Positions 11,897-23,641 are shown, numbered from the stretch's first letter. The stretch is 64,000 bases of DNA from Oculatellaceae cyanobacterium bins.114 (GCA_033764315.1 JANRJA010000018.1:17496-81495); one strand, 5' to 3'. The notes: generated by a model from the sequence alone, not told the origin. Made by a program: numbers and translations.

Positions 11897-12144
11897 GAGA
11901 TTACTCCTTAAAGGCATAGGTGAAAACACGTATCAACCATCACTCAGTGGACATAGATTTTTAGTTAGAACGCTGGATGGGTCAGGTTCTAAACCCACAC
12001 CCTGCTTTTGTCAGAGCGATCGCCCTCAATCCCTGATGCACAGGTAATTTCACGCAAGCGAAACTCACCGCTGCGGTTGCAGCGATTTGACTCGCTTCAG
12101 AAAAACCAAGACTAAGTCGTGCCGTTATTGTTGATCGACAGTGA

Positions 12145-12588
12145 TCAACGCTGTTGCAATCGCGATCGCACTAGTTCTTGAACTTGTTGTCGTTGCTCAT
12201 CTGTCAACACAGTTGCGGCCTGTTCACGAGCTGACTGAAAGATCGCCCGCAGTTGAGTTTGCTGCTCAGAGGAGAGGTTCATAGCCGCGATCGCCTCTCG
12301 AAAGCCATTGCCACTTTCCAGAGTGCTTCTAAACTGCGCTCGTTGGTCTTCGGTCAACAAGGCTTCTAACTCAGATCGAGTATTTTGCCGAATCTGGTTT
12401 AGTTGGGTTTGCTGTTCTGGCGTTAAATTTAATTCTTCTAAGACCTGCGACCATTGCTCCATGCCGTCTCTCGCTTGAGCCTGCACCACCACAGGATGAA
12501 ATGCAATGGTGAGTCCAGCTGCCAATCCGACGACTGCCATTGCTCCTCCGGTCAACACTGTCATGGGTTTGATCGTTACAAACTTCAT
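12145..12588 (-). CDS. Spy/CpxP-family periplasmic protein
   Basis: Signal peptide plus repeated LTPEQ/LTEDQ/LSSEQ/LTDEQ (LTxxQ) motifs. Confidence 0.8.
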   Translation of the reverse strand: MKFVTIKPMTVLTGGAMAVVGLAAGLTIAFHPVVVQAQARDGMEQWSQVLEELNLTPEQQTQLNQIRQNTRSELEALLTEDQRAQFRSTLESGNGFREAIAAMNLSSEQQTQLRAIFQSAREQAATVLTDEQRQQVQELVRSRLQQR

Positions 12589-12817
12589 TGCGGAACCTCC
12601 TTTCTGGATAGCCGTTTGATGCTTCAATCCTAGAAGGTTCAGGAGGGCGATCGCCTCAGATCAATGTCACGACTCAAGGCATGACAAATAGCATAGGTTT
12701 TGATTTCAGTAGAAATACTGACCCGATCAGCTAAAAGCCAAGTGTAATAATGCACAAAGGGGGCTTAGTAATTTGTGATCCAAGTTCAACACACCTCATC
12801 CTTAGGAGACTTCCCCT

Positions 12818-13213
12818 ATGACCCATCGGAGAGATTCGTGGTTCGATCGACAATGGGCGATCGCGTTCTGTCTCTACCTGCTGGTGCTATTGGTTATTAC
12901 TCTTGCGGCCTATCTCGATATCTTGCCAACCCAACTTGCTGCCATTCCTTCGTATGACACATTAGGGCATTTCTTCTTAATGGGAATTGCCAGTTATTTA
13001 AGTTATTTAGCTCTCCGAGGTCGCATGATTTGCGTTTGGCGATGCGCTATGCCATTGGGTCCGGCCCTGATTGGGGCGATCGTCATTGTCGATGAAACAT
13101 TGCAAGCCTTTTCGCCCTATCGCACTGTCAGTGTGACCGATGTTGCTGCCAGCTTTAGCGGCATATTGCTGTTTTATCGATTAGCGCGAGCACAACTTAT
13201 TCTTAAGCATTAA
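12818..13213 (+). CDS. VanZ-family membrane protein
   Basis: DTLGHF and DETLQAFSPYRTVSVTD motifs. Confidence 0.75.
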   Translation: MTHRRDSWFDRQWAIAFCLYLLVLLVITLAAYLDILPTQLAAIPSYDTLGHFFLMGIASYLSYLALRGRMICVWRCAMPLGPALIGAIVIVDETLQAFSPYRTVSVTDVAASFSGILLFYRLARAQLILKH

Positions 13214-13448
13214 TAATTTCCCAAAAAGCAGCCACAAAAGACTCCAGATCTGGATCAGATTTAGGGCAGGGAGTCACAAAATCATGGACTCTGCGAGCAT
13301 AGCTGACACCGCGATATTGACACATCACCAGCGGTGAAATTGCAGCCATGCGATCGGCATGGGCTTGAAAAGAGTGGATGGCTGTTCGAGAGTCCGAAAA
13401 ATGAGAGGGAGTGAGTATATAACGAACTCCACGATAGATCAAGTACAT
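13203..13448 (-). CDS. DUF4278-like small protein
   Basis: Two YRGVxY motifs (LIYRGVRY, QYRGVSY). Confidence 0.7.
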   Translation of the reverse strand: MYLIYRGVRYILTPSHFSDSRTAIHSFQAHADRMAAISPLVMCQYRGVSYARRVHDFVTPCPKSDPDLESFVAAFWEIINA

Positions 13449-13609
13449 TCGCTTAACCTCATAAAATGAGCGACACGAGCTGAAACTTTCTACGTTGATC
13501 CCCGTGAAATTATGCAGAGCATACTTACTAATTTTTACGGTTTTTTCGTTAGAAGTACGGATTTAGCCCTCCAAGAACTTTCAAAGTGCTTTTCTTGATT
13601 GCTCCAACA

Positions 13610-15442
13610 TTATTGCTCCTCCAACATTTGCAATCGGTAGAGGCTGGCGTATAACCCACCCTGACTCAACAATTCCTCATGACTGCCTGACTCAATCAAC
13701 TGCCCTTGCTTGAGCACTAGGATGCGATCGACACTACGAATCGTAGAGAGGCGATGAGCGATGATAATTGCTGTTCGCTTAACCAACAATCGCTCTAGAG
13801 CCTGCTGGATCATGGCTTCAGTACCCACATCAAGATTAGCGGTTGCCTCATCCAAGACGAGAATATGAGGGTCACGAATGGCGGCGCGGGCAAAGGCAAG
13901 CAGTTGCTTTTGTCCTCCAGAGAGGTTTGTGCCCCGCTGACGCAACATCGTGTCATAGCCTTGAGGTAACTGCTCAATGAAACTGGCGACATTAGTTTGC
14001 TCGGCAGCCGCCCGAATCGCTTCGATGGGGTAATGCTCTCCTAGGGTAATGTTGCTCTTGACATCTCCGGCAAACAAAAAACCATCTTGCAAAATGACGG
14101 CCATGCGTTGTCGTAGCTCAACTTGGGGCAGATCTCGAATATCCACTCCATCCAACAAGATTCGCCCTTGTGTCACCTCATAAAGACGGCATAGCAAGCG
14201 AATAATTGAGCTTTTACCGGCTCCAGTGGGTCCCACCAAGGCGACTTTTTCACCCGGACGGATGACGAAGTTGAGGTTACGCAAAACGGGTTCATCGGGT
14301 TTATAACCAAACCAGACCTGCTCAAACCGAATCTCTCCAGCAGCACGGGGAACTGCCTTTTCTACAGCCTGTTCAGTGCGCTCTGGGTCGCGGATCTCAA
14401 TCGGTTCGTTGAGAATGTCGCTGACCCTTTCTAATGCCGTAAACCCGGCTTGAATCGCAGTAAATTGTTCTGCAAACTCTCGTAGTGGGTCAAACAGCCG
14501 CTGAGCAAACAGAATAAAGGATGCCAGGATGCCGAAGTTGAGGGCGTCTTGTAACACTAACACCCCCCCTAACCACAACACAGCGGCGATCGCCCCTAAA
14601 GCCACCCACTCTAACGTAGCTGAGACAGCCGAGTCATAAAAAATGGTCTTATCAACTTCACCAACATATCGCTGGTTAATTGTGCGATAAAGCTGCGAGT
14701 TAAACTGCTCTCGTCGAAACAGTTGTACGACGTTAATTCCGGTGATGTTTTCCTGCAACGTAGAGTTGAGTGCTGATAGCTCTTCTCGTGCTATGTAATT
14801 GGCGGTGCGATACTTGCGTTGAAAATAAACGATTAAGGCTGTCACAGGAATCAACAGGCTCACCAGCATGAGTGCCAGTTGCCACTGCAGCGTAAACATC
14901 GTGACAGCAATCACCACCATTGAGAACAGGTTGCCAATGATCCCGATCGCTCCGGTTGAAAACACATCTCCTAGCGCATCCACATCACTGGTGAGACGTG
15001 TGATCAAACGCCCAACCGGAGTGCGATCAAAAAATCGAGCGGCCAGTGAGGTGACATGCTGAAACAAATCATCTCGAATGTTGGCGGTGATCCGTTGCCC
15101 TACTTTTTGCACCATGTAACCCTGCCAGCCATCCACAGCCAGTCGAGTGGCGATCGTCGCTAGCAGCAGCAACACTAACAGATTTAACCCACTCGCTAAC
15201 GTCTGCCCCCGCAAAAACCAGAGGACGGGTTCATTGCGAATCAGTGATATTGCCTGCCCTACTAGAATTGGTTGAATGGCTTCAGCGATCGAGGTTGGAA
15301 CAAGCAGAATCAGGGCGATCGTCAGTAAGCGTTTATTTTGTAGAGCATAGGGAGCCAAAAGTCGCAACAATCGCCAATCGGTAGGTCGAGGTTGTCGGCG
15401 TTCCTCGTTTGAGGAAGATGCACTGGTCATGCTGAGGGTCAA
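13610..15442 (-). CDS. ABC exporter, fused permease/ATP-binding protein
   Basis: TM domain followed by GPTGAGKS, LSGGQKQ and DEATANLD. Confidence 0.93.
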   Translation of the reverse strand: MTLSMTSASSSNEERRQPRPTDWRLLRLLAPYALQNKRLLTIALILLVPTSIAEAIQPILVGQAISLIRNEPVLWFLRGQTLASGLNLLVLLLLATIATRLAVDGWQGYMVQKVGQRITANIRDDLFQHVTSLAARFFDRTPVGRLITRLTSDVDALGDVFSTGAIGIIGNLFSMVVIAVTMFTLQWQLALMLVSLLIPVTALIVYFQRKYRTANYIAREELSALNSTLQENITGINVVQLFRREQFNSQLYRTINQRYVGEVDKTIFYDSAVSATLEWVALGAIAAVLWLGGVLVLQDALNFGILASFILFAQRLFDPLREFAEQFTAIQAGFTALERVSDILNEPIEIRDPERTEQAVEKAVPRAAGEIRFEQVWFGYKPDEPVLRNLNFVIRPGEKVALVGPTGAGKSSIIRLLCRLYEVTQGRILLDGVDIRDLPQVELRQRMAVILQDGFLFAGDVKSNITLGEHYPIEAIRAAAEQTNVASFIEQLPQGYDTMLRQRGTNLSGGQKQLLAFARAAIRDPHILVLDEATANLDVGTEAMIQQALERLLVKRTAIIIAHRLSTIRSVDRILVLKQGQLIESGSHEELLSQGGLYASLYRLQMLEEQ

Positions 15443-15622
15443 TGAGGGTCTGCTCTATTTTAGAGTGTCCTCAGTTTTAGTGAGGCAGTATACAAAATTT
15501 CTCATGCTCATGACGGTTGATGGGCTATCGATCAGCCCATAGCAGAGGTGGCATTTGGCAAAGAGTTTGGGTTAAGTTGCAACATAGAATGGCTAAGTAC
15601 TGCACTCTTAATTCCCTTCTCT

Positions 15623-16276
15623 CTACTTTTGACTGATCACTCCTCCTACTTCCACTCGAATGCGTTCAATCACGGTTTGCAACCCATCAATGTCAAGTCG
15701 ATAACCTAGAGGATGGGCAATCAGACGGGCTGTGCTATCAAACAAGCGATCGATTTCTAACAAATTGTTTTCTTTGAGGGTGCGTCCAGAGGCGACTAAA
15801 TCGACGATCGCCTCTGACATTCCAGTGATCGGCCCTAACTCAACCGACCCATAGAGGGGCACAATTTCTACTGGCAGATCAAGGCTCTGAAAATATTCGC
15901 GGGCACAGTTAACAAACTTAGACGCCACTCGACTGTGAGGAGGCAACTGCAATGCCGAGCGATAAGGACTTGCTTCTTTAACCGCCACTGACAAGCGACA
16001 TTGCCCAAACCCTAAATCTACTAAATGAGCTACTTTGGGCTGTTTTTCTCGCAAAATGTCATAGCCGACGATCCCCAATTGGGCCTGACCATATTCCACA
16101 TAGACAGGCACATCATAATTGCGAACTAGCAACGCCTTTGCAGTATGAGTCGTATCCCAAATTTCAAGCTGGCGATTACTAGAGTCGAGAAAAGCACTGA
16201 AGTCAAGTCCAACTGCTTGCAACAGGCGAATACTCTCTTCTAATAAACCGCCCTTGGGCAGCGCAACGGTAATCAT
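15623..16276 (-). CDS. hisG: ATP phosphoribosyltransferase (short form)
   Basis: [21 protein letters not shown] and [14 protein letters not shown] motifs. Confidence 0.96.
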   Translation of the reverse strand: MITVALPKGGLLEESIRLLQAVGLDFSAFLDSSNRQLEIWDTTHTAKALLVRNYDVPVYVEYGQAQLGIVGYDILREKQPKVAHLVDLGFGQCRLSVAVKEASPYRSALQLPPHSRVASKFVNCAREYFQSLDLPVEIVPLYGSVELGPITGMSEAIVDLVASGRTLKENNLLEIDRLFDSTARLIAHPLGYRLDIDGLQTVIERIRVEVGGVISQK

Positions 16277-16458
16277 GGTATCTTTAACAACACTTTAGCC
16301 ATCCTACAGCAGGAAGGAGATTGCGAGTGAGAGAGTAGCCGAGTGGGAGTGTGAAAGGGGAGGAATGCCTAAGCATTGACCAATATCTCCCATGACCGAT
16401 AACCATGAACGAATGACCCATGCCTCTTGCTATCACATCATCTTGCTGCCCTAGTGAT

Positions 16459-17367
16459 TTAGGGAATTGGAGTCGATCGCAACAATCGCTCGATGATGCC
16501 CCGTGCTCTTCGTCCTCCAGCGGGGATCAGACGATGCGAGAGCACATGGGGTGCCAGCAACTTGACATCATCAGGGATGGCATAGTCTCTCCCTTCCAAA
16601 AAGGCGAGGGCCTGAATAGCTCGGTGCAATGATACCGAACCCCGGGGGCTAACCCCTAGAATAATTTCTTCATCTTGGCGGGTTGCCCGAATCAAATCGA
16701 GGATGTATTGCTGCAAAGGAGCCTCTACTCTCACCTGAGCACAGAGACGACGTAACTCCACAATGTCTGCCAAAGACAAACTGGGCTTTAGCTCATCCAA
16801 TGAAGTGCCTTGCTGCAACCGTTGTAACATCTGCAATTCTTCTGCCTCGGTTGGATATCCTAAACTCAAAGACAGGGCAAAGCGATCCATTTGGGCTTCA
16901 GGTAAGGGGAACGTGCCCTGATATTCCACTGGGTTTTGAGTCGCAATGACAAAAAATGGAGTCGGCACGAGACGAGAGATTCCATCTACTGTGACCTGGT
17001 GCTCCTCCATAACTTCTAAGAGGGCCGATTGAGTCCGAGGAGTTGCCCGATTAATTTCATCAGCCAGCAACACATTGGCAAAGACAGGTCCCGGTGAAAA
17101 CACAAATTCACCCGTCCGGGGGTTCCAAATATTGGTGCCGGTGACATCGGTTGGTAGTAAGTCAGGAGTGCATTGAATCCGCTGAAACTGCCCATCAATT
17201 GAACGAGCCAACGATTTGGCTAACAACGTTTTCCCCACTCCTGGCACATCTTCTAAAAGGGCGTGACCGCCTGATAACAAAGCCACTAATACCAATCGAA
17301 TTGCCTCAGCTTTGCCCACAATCGTACGACCCAGATTTTGGGTGAGCTGTTCAATGCTTTCTCTCAT
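16459..17367 (-). CDS. MoxR-family AAA+ ATPase
   Basis: LEDVPGVGKT, LADEINRA, ATQNPVE, LPEAQMDRF. Confidence 0.95.
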   Translation of the reverse strand: MRESIEQLTQNLGRTIVGKAEAIRLVLVALLSGGHALLEDVPGVGKTLLAKSLARSIDGQFQRIQCTPDLLPTDVTGTNIWNPRTGEFVFSPGPVFANVLLADEINRATPRTQSALLEVMEEHQVTVDGISRLVPTPFFVIATQNPVEYQGTFPLPEAQMDRFALSLSLGYPTEAEELQMLQRLQQGTSLDELKPSLSLADIVELRRLCAQVRVEAPLQQYILDLIRATRQDEEIILGVSPRGSVSLHRAIQALAFLEGRDYAIPDDVKLLAPHVLSHRLIPAGGRRARGIIERLLRSTPIP

Positions 17368-17430
17368 AGTTTTTGTAATCTTGTGTGTAACCCAGAGGCG
17401 TGACCTGACTACCCATTCCCCTACTCTAAC

Positions 17431-18402
17431 TCAGGGTAAAGGAGTGGTGGCTAAGAGCGATCGCGCTATATCGCAATCTGCTTGGATTTGAGCTTTTAGT
17501 GCCTCCAGTGAAGCAAACTTTTGCTCAGGGCGAATAAACTTTTCTAGACTAACGGTTAAGGTCTGTCCATACAGGTCGCCCGACCAATCTAACAGGTGAA
17601 CTTCGATCGTTTGCTGCACCCCATTGACAGTAGGGCGGTTGCCAATATTCATCACGCCCGCCAATGAATGTCCCTGTAGGGTCAACTCAGTTCCTGATAC
17701 CCGTACTGAGTAAACTCCTTGATGCGGTAAAAACTTTTCGTCAGGGAGCTTGAGGTTAGCCGTGGGAAACCCCAAAAGACGACCGAGTTGTTGTCCCTGA
17801 ACGACCTGCCCCACTAGCGTATAGGTTCGACCTAACAGATGATTGGCTTGGGGCAGGTCGCCTGCTTGCAGCGCATGGCGGATAGCAGAGCTACTGATGC
17901 GATCGCCATTAGAGGTATGGAGCGGGATGATTTGCACGGTGATGTCATAGGTCGCGGCGATCGCCTGTAAATCTTGAGTGGTGCCCGATCGCTTACAGCC
18001 AAATCGAAAATCTTGACCAACGCTGATTTGGCGTGCTTGTAGCCGTTGCACGAGGATAATGTCTACAAAATCTTGAGCCGACATCTCTGCCAGGGTCTGG
18101 TCAAATGGCAACAAGACCAACTGTTGCACCCCCATTTCCTGCAAGAGGGCTACTTTTTCATCTATTGGGGTCAACAAGGGGCGACGTTTCCCCGTAAAAA
18201 ACTCTTGAGGGTGAGGACAAAACGTCAAGACGGTGGAGTGAGGCTTGTGGATCAAATCAGGAACAACAGCCTCTGAATGAGTCAGGGCAGACGCCAAAAT
18301 TGGCTCAATGACACGTCGGTGCCCCCGATGAACTCCGTCAAAGTTTCCCAGGGCAACGTGTGTCGGAACGCGAACAGTGTCTAAAGAGGAAGTAATCCAC
18401 AC
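17431..18402 (-). CDS. ribF: bifunctional riboflavin kinase/FAD synthetase
   Basis: GNFDGVHRGH, ISSSAIR, GFPTAN, IEVHLLD. Confidence 0.96.
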   Translation of the reverse strand: MWITSSLDTVRVPTHVALGNFDGVHRGHRRVIEPILASALTHSEAVVPDLIHKPHSTVLTFCPHPQEFFTGKRRPLLTPIDEKVALLQEMGVQQLVLLPFDQTLAEMSAQDFVDIILVQRLQARQISVGQDFRFGCKRSGTTQDLQAIAATYDITVQIIPLHTSNGDRISSSAIRHALQAGDLPQANHLLGRTYTLVGQVVQGQQLGRLLGFPTANLKLPDEKFLPHQGVYSVRVSGTELTLQGHSLAGVMNIGNRPTVNGVQQTIEVHLLDWSGDLYGQTLTVSLEKFIRPEQKFASLEALKAQIQADCDIARSLLATTPLP

Positions 18403-18460
18403 GCTTTACATTTTGACACAAAACAAGGGAAAGTCTGACAAAACCAATGGAAAGTAGCGA

Positions 18461-19363
18461 TCAGGCTGATAACTTAGCCTCTGATGTTTCCTCAGCCGGG
18501 ACGTTAGTCGGAGAGGCTAACAAGTCAATTTCCAGACCCTCCCAGGCAACAACACTATTGGGAAACTCTTCAGCCGTGTTTTCTTGAATCTGATCCATAA
18601 AGGCATCGCTGTGCAGCGGGTCATGATGGAAGATAACAAGCTTTTTAACATTAGCTGCCTTAGCCACTTTGACAGCTTCTTGCCAGGTTGAATGCCCCCA
18701 ACCCACTTTGCTCGACTTTTCAGAATAGTATTCTTCGTTGGTATAGGTGGAATCGTAGATCATCAAATCGGCTTCACGAGCCAGCCAGAGCACATGTTCA
18801 TCCAGACGGTCGGTAAAGTGCTCAGTGTCAGTGACATACGCCACAGCGTGCCCATTCCAGTTAACGCGATAACCCACCGCTTCACCGGGGTGATTAAGCA
18901 GTGCATTTTCAACGCGAATATCGCCAATTTCTACAGTCTCACCGATCTCAATGTCGCAGAACGTCAGGTCTGCACCCATGATTTGCAAGGGGACTGGGAA
19001 GTTGGGATGAAGCATCTGGTCATTGAGCCGTTGCTCAATCGTGGAACCATTAGGAGCGATCGCCCCATAGATTTTGAACTTATTACCTTTAACGAAAGCA
19101 GGCACAAAGAACGGAAAGCCTTGAATGTGATCCCAATGAGAGTGGGTAAAGAACAGGTGTCCTTCTAAGGGCAGTTCTCGCATGAGCGACTGTCCGAGAA
19201 CACGCAATCCGGTTCCACCATCGAAGATCAGACGATAACCAGCAACTTGCATCTCAATGCAAGACGTATTGCCGCCATATCGCACCGTCTCAGGACCAGG
19301 ACAAGCAATACTACCTCTGACACCCCAAAAGCGAACTTTGAACTGGTTTTGCATCTTAGACAT
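18461..19363 (-). CDS. MBL-fold metallohydrolase
   Basis: THSHWDHIQG, TDTEH, FHHDP. Confidence 0.9.
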   Translation of the reverse strand: MSKMQNQFKVRFWGVRGSIACPGPETVRYGGNTSCIEMQVAGYRLIFDGGTGLRVLGQSLMRELPLEGHLFFTHSHWDHIQGFPFFVPAFVKGNKFKIYGAIAPNGSTIEQRLNDQMLHPNFPVPLQIMGADLTFCDIEIGETVEIGDIRVENALLNHPGEAVGYRVNWNGHAVAYVTDTEHFTDRLDEHVLWLAREADLMIYDSTYTNEEYYSEKSSKVGWGHSTWQEAVKVAKAANVKKLVIFHHDPLHSDAFMDQIQENTAEEFPNSVVAWEGLEIDLLASPTNVPAEETSEAKLSA

Positions 19364-19702
19364 GAATGTTCCCTACCGGACTCGATCGAGTCTTAAAAGA
19401 CGAGCCTTGCTCCCAAGATTGGTTAGCCTAAATCTTACTTACGATCTGGCAAGCATTGTCTCAGGATTACAGCCTCCGTTGCAGATTGGTAGAAATCTTT
19501 ACAAGGGCACCCTTTTGATATCAAACTCCCACACAAGGTGGTTATCTGCTCCATCTCAACTAAAAGTCTTTAGCTAAGATATACAGCCCATATTGCACCG
19601 ACCAAGATTATGTCGAACAATATTGCTTGATTTAGCTCCAGTCTAGACTGTTACTTACTATAGAAACATCTCAACTTAGAGCAATTCCTATCAAATTTAA
19701 CG

Positions 19703-20545
19703 TTATTTAAAAAAAATCGGTTGCCAATCCTGCAATTTTGCCAGCCCTGAAATGGAAGTCAAGTTATATTGCAACGGTGTAACAGTAATGTAATTCTGCC
19801 GAATTGCTTGTACGTCTGTCATTGTGTTGCTGATCCATTCTAAGTCAACTCTTGGGGCAGTGGTTCCAAATATAGACAAAACATCGATATCGGTTTCACT
19901 GACATCTTCGAGCACCTCACCCGCTAGCCAGTAATACGTTTTACCGCGTGGGTCAAGTCGTTTCTCAAACATATCAAAGTAACGACGAATGCCTTGTCGA
20001 GTCACCATCACCCCGGCAATTTTTTCGGGATGAACGGCTGGTATATTAACATTGAGCAACATGAGCTGGGGCAGTGGATGTTTCTCAAGCTGTTGCAGCA
20101 GGTCACGGGCAAAATCAGCCGCAGGTTGAAAGGTCTGACTCGAAAAGCTCGTGAGACTAAAGGCAATCCCAGGAATGCCCTCAATCACGCCCTCCATTGC
20201 AGCTGAGACCGTGCCAGAATAAAGCACGTCAGTTCCTAAGTTAGAGCCATGATTGATGCCTGACAAAACCAGATCAGGAGGACTGTCTAGTAAAGCTCCT
20301 AGAGCAAGTTTGACACAATCAGACGGCGTTCCAGAACAGGCCCAGGCTTTGATATTGGGGTGAAAGGTTGATTCAACTTGTTCAGCTCGAATCGGATCGT
20401 GCAAGGTTAAGCCGTGTCCGGTTGCCGATCGCTCTCGATCAGGACACACGACAGTGACCTGATGTCCTGCCTCTGCTAGGGTGTTTGCCAGCGTGCGAAT
20501 GCCTAATGCAAAGATGCCATCATCGTTACTAATTAGAAGATTCAT
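19703..20545 (-). CDS. surE: 5'/3'-nucleotidase SurE
   Basis: [36 protein letters not shown] at 20545. Confidence 0.96.
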   Translation of the reverse strand: MNLLISNDDGIFALGIRTLANTLAEAGHQVTVVCPDRERSATGHGLTLHDPIRAEQVESTFHPNIKAWACSGTPSDCVKLALGALLDSPPDLVLSGINHGSNLGTDVLYSGTVSAAMEGVIEGIPGIAFSLTSFSSQTFQPAADFARDLLQQLEKHPLPQLMLLNVNIPAVHPEKIAGVMVTRQGIRRYFDMFEKRLDPRGKTYYWLAGEVLEDVSETDIDVLSIFGTTAPRVDLEWISNTMTDVQAIRQNYITVTPLQYNLTSISGLAKLQDWQPIFFK

Positions 20546-20788
20546 GCCATTACCAGAACGAGTTGTCAGCCAGTTCCAGTGTAGAGGGAAGAGGGAAAAG
20601 GAAAGAGGAAAGAGGGAAGAAGCGGAGGTTAGGAGCAAAAAAGAGGGCTGAAAAAAAGAGGGCTGGATTTTTAGTGTTAAGTTTTGAATGCCTTGGTTCT
20701 GGAATTCAGAAGATTTCATAGCGGGCTACGGCTACAACTCAAAATTCAACGCGCATCACTCAAAGCTCTATCACCTCTCTACTCATCG

Positions 20789-20830
20789 CTTCATCCCCTC
20801 ATTCACTTCATCCCCTCATTCACTTCATCC
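20789..20830 (+). repeat. 17-bp tandem repeat (CTTCATCCCCTCATTCA x2.5)
   Basis: Read directly in the surE-pheS intergenic region. Confidence 0.8.
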
Positions 20831-20897
20831 TTCGCACTCTATTTAGAGATAAACTGAAATAGTCTTAGCTGTTTCTTTATCACGGGCAATTCTAGGC

Positions 20898-21899
20898 ATG
20901 GCTACAGTGCTCAATGAGCTTGAATCTCAACTGACCCACTTGCGTCAGGAGGCGCAGGAGGCGATCGCTGATACAACCACGTTGGAGCAGCTAGAACAAC
21001 TGCGAATCAAGTATTTAGGCAAAAAAGGTAGCCTCTCTCAGGTGTTAGGGGGGATGGGGAAACTAGAGGCAAGCGATCGCCCTCGCATTGGGGCACTTGC
21101 TAATGAGGTAAAAGAGGTGTTGCAGACAGCCCTCGATCAAAAGCGAGACACTCTGCAAGCAGCTCAAATCGAGGCTCAACTCACGGCTGAAAAAATAGAT
21201 GTGACCATGCCAGGGGTGTATGCACCTCAGGGTCATACCCATCCGCTGACGAGCACGATCGAGCGCGTATTAGACATTTTTGTGGGATTGGGCTACACCG
21301 TGGCTGAAGGCCCTGAGATGGAGACCGACTACTACAACTTTGAGGCACTCAACTTTTTAGAAGACCATCCGGCGCGAGACATGCAAGATACGTTGTATTT
21401 GCCCGATGGCAATCTGCTGAGAACCCACACCTCCTCAGTGCAGATTCGCTATATGGAAAACAACGAGCCACCGATTCGAGTGGCGATTCCAGGGCGGTGT
21501 TATCGACGAGACACCGTGGATGCAACTCATTCAGCGGTGTTTCACCAGGTTGAGATTTTGGCGGTGGATGAGGGGTTGACTTTCACCGATTTAAGAGGAA
21601 CGCTCAAAGTCTTTTTAGAAGAGATCTTTGGCGATATTGAAATTCGCCTGCGTCCCAGTTTCTTCCCGTTCACAGAGCCATCTGCTGAGGTAGATGTGCA
21701 GTGGCGCGGTCGCTGGTTAGAGGTGATGGGCTGTGGCATGGTTGATCCCAATGTGTTGAAATCGGTGGGCTATGATCCCGAAGTCTACACTGGGTTTGCC
21801 GCAGGGTTTGGGGTTGAGCGGTTTGCGATGGTGTTGCACCAGGTAGACGATATTCGTCGGCTTTACAACAGTGACCTACGCTTTTTAAGACAGTTTTAG
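20898..21899 (+). CDS. pheS: phenylalanine-tRNA ligase alpha subunit
   Basis: [36 protein letters not shown]. Confidence 0.98.
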   Translation: MATVLNELESQLTHLRQEAQEAIADTTTLEQLEQLRIKYLGKKGSLSQVLGGMGKLEASDRPRIGALANEVKEVLQTALDQKRDTLQAAQIEAQLTAEKIDVTMPGVYAPQGHTHPLTSTIERVLDIFVGLGYTVAEGPEMETDYYNFEALNFLEDHPARDMQDTLYLPDGNLLRTHTSSVQIRYMENNEPPIRVAIPGRCYRRDTVDATHSAVFHQVEILAVDEGLTFTDLRGTLKVFLEEIFGDIEIRLRPSFFPFTEPSAEVDVQWRGRWLEVMGCGMVDPNVLKSVGYDPEVYTGFAAGFGVERFAMVLHQVDDIRRLYNSDLRFLRQF

Positions 21900-21945
21900 T
21901 CCATTTTGTCCTGATGGAGGATAAACGCTCCTGTATCACTAGGCA

Positions 21946-22911
21946 GTGATTGAGGTGGTATTTGAGGCATCGTCTGAGTTGGTAGAGCTTGCTTCTACTC
22001 TCTCAGCCTCTGTTCCACCTGAATTTGCCAGTGACCTTCATATAGGAGACAATGTGCGCGTACCAACTCTAGCTTTGGCAACCGTGGCAGTGGTCGTAGG
22101 GCAGGAAATGGGTCAAGAGGCTCAAGCCAGCCCAATTTCTCAAGATTGGCAGCCCTCAGTGCCCATCGATCAGATAAAGGCAAGCCGATTCGATGACGTG
22201 AAGGAAACCGCGATTACTACTGCTCCAGAAGTCCTGGTTACTCCCCAATTTGCCCCAGAGCGATCGCCTGAGCCAACCCCATCGACAGCTGAGCCTGCAC
22301 TGATGAATGGGGCGATCGCGGCGGCTCGTTCTGATGTGATGGTGACAGAGGCGATCGCTGAGTCTAGTGAAGTAGTGGCACCACAAAGTGGGTCTCGTGG
22401 TGGGGCGATCGCTCCTGTAGAGGCAGCGTTACCAATGGTAGCCGCATTGCCGACAGTGCCTATCCCTCAATCTATTCAAGGATCTCAACCTGTACCTGTT
22501 ACTCAACCTGTACCTGTTACTCAACCTATCGCAGAACCCTTAACAGTGGCTCAGTTTAGGCAGTTTAGCTATGAGTCTCCGGGGGTAAATCGACGACGGG
22601 TACGAATCAGTCAACTCACGACCATTCAGGTCACGAACCGCACTAGACGGTCGATCGAAATTGAGTTGGTTGGGCGAACAAGACCTTTGCTATTACTGCC
22701 AGGGCAAACTCGGCGCATCCGGGTTGATCCCCGCGATTTGTCGCTGCTGTATTGGACTTTGGGGGGTCAGCAAGAGTTGACGGCTACAGTGTCACAACCT
22801 AGTTTAAGTACGGTTGTCGTGAATATTTTCCCAAGCCGCTTTCCCAATGGCAATTTGGCAATTTATTTACCAGACCCGGATAACCGTCCTGATATTCTCC
22901 GTGTTTTTTGA
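21946..22911 (+). CDS. hypothetical secreted protein with low-complexity N-terminus and beta-rich C-terminus
   Basis: Long ORF; true start may be the GTG near 22054 after AGGAG; contains an 18-bp tandem repeat at 22484-22527 (QPVPVT). Confidence 0.6.
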   Translation: MIEVVFEASSELVELASTLSASVPPEFASDLHIGDNVRVPTLALATVAVVVGQEMGQEAQASPISQDWQPSVPIDQIKASRFDDVKETAITTAPEVLVTPQFAPERSPEPTPSTAEPALMNGAIAAARSDVMVTEAIAESSEVVAPQSGSRGGAIAPVEAALPMVAALPTVPIPQSIQGSQPVPVTQPVPVTQPIAEPLTVAQFRQFSYESPGVNRRRVRISQLTTIQVTNRTRRSIEIELVGRTRPLLLLPGQTRRIRVDPRDLSLLYWTLGGQQELTATVSQPSLSTVVVNIFPSRFPNGNLAIYLPDPDNRPDILRVF

Positions 22912-23017
22912 CACTTTTGGCCTTGAGCCAGGAAATAAATTTCCTGGTATGAAAGGTTAATAGCTTCGGGATAGCTAACGACAAAGACCCATCAACCCAG
23001 TTTAATCGTTGGTTGAC

Positions 23018-23641
23018 TCAACTATCCTCCGATTCAAGTTGTAATGGCCCTAAATATTTTGCCAAGTACGGCGAAAAGACTTCGTAAATCAACGTAATGG
23101 GGTGTCCGTGGTGCCAAAAGAGATAGTGTCTGCCCCAAAAGGGCCCAGGTTGTCCAAACGCCAACTCTAAGGCTGGAGAATGTCCACAGACGATGCCTTG
23201 AATGTCACGATATAACTCGGTGCGCGATCGCGACAAGTTTGACCAAATAGGGAGCGATCGATTCTGCAAATATTCATCAACGTGGCTTGCCTCCCACCAA
23301 GAGGTTGCATAGGCCAACCGTTTTCCTGACCGAGTTCTCAGCCAAACCTGCCGTCGCAGTCGAGGTGCCGTCAGCACCTGAATTGGCTCTGGAGCCTCAT
23401 CCAATGTGTCATCAATTAATGACATATCAATCACATCAACCTCGGTGGCCTCCCCGGTCAATAGTTGTAGATGCCGAGTGGGGGAGCCATCTCCTAACAA
23501 CAGCATTTGCCATGCGGGAGCAAGCTGATGATGTGGTAGTCCACGCTGCACAGTGTGTTCGCCACCTTGCCACAGCGGTTGGAGCCGATGCCAGGTGAGG
23601 GAAGGGTTGACATGATTGGAGGCTGAGAGTATTGAAGTCAA
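23018..23641 (-). CDS. chorismate lyase (UbiC/DUF98-like)
   Basis: LLGDGSPTRHL, RRQVWL, LAYATSWW, IYEVFSP. Confidence 0.8.
   Translation of the reverse strand: MTSILSASNHVNPSLTWHRLQPLWQGGEHTVQRGLPHHQLAPAWQMLLLGDGSPTRHLQLLTGEATEVDVIDMSLIDDTLDEAPEPIQVLTAPRLRRQVWLRTRSGKRLAYATSWWEASHVDEYLQNRSLPIWSNLSRSRTELYRDIQGIVCGHSPALELAFGQPGPFWGRHYLFWHHGHPITLIYEVFSPYLAKYLGPLQLESEDS

Noticed and set aside
13449..13600. Glutamine riboswitch or NtcA box upstream of the DUF4278 gene
   Set aside because: I could not find the glnA-motif core or a clean GTA-N8-TAC
20546..20719. N-terminal extension of SurE in the ORF track
   Set aside because: It is the translation of a purine-rich low-complexity tract; homology starts at [10 protein letters not shown]
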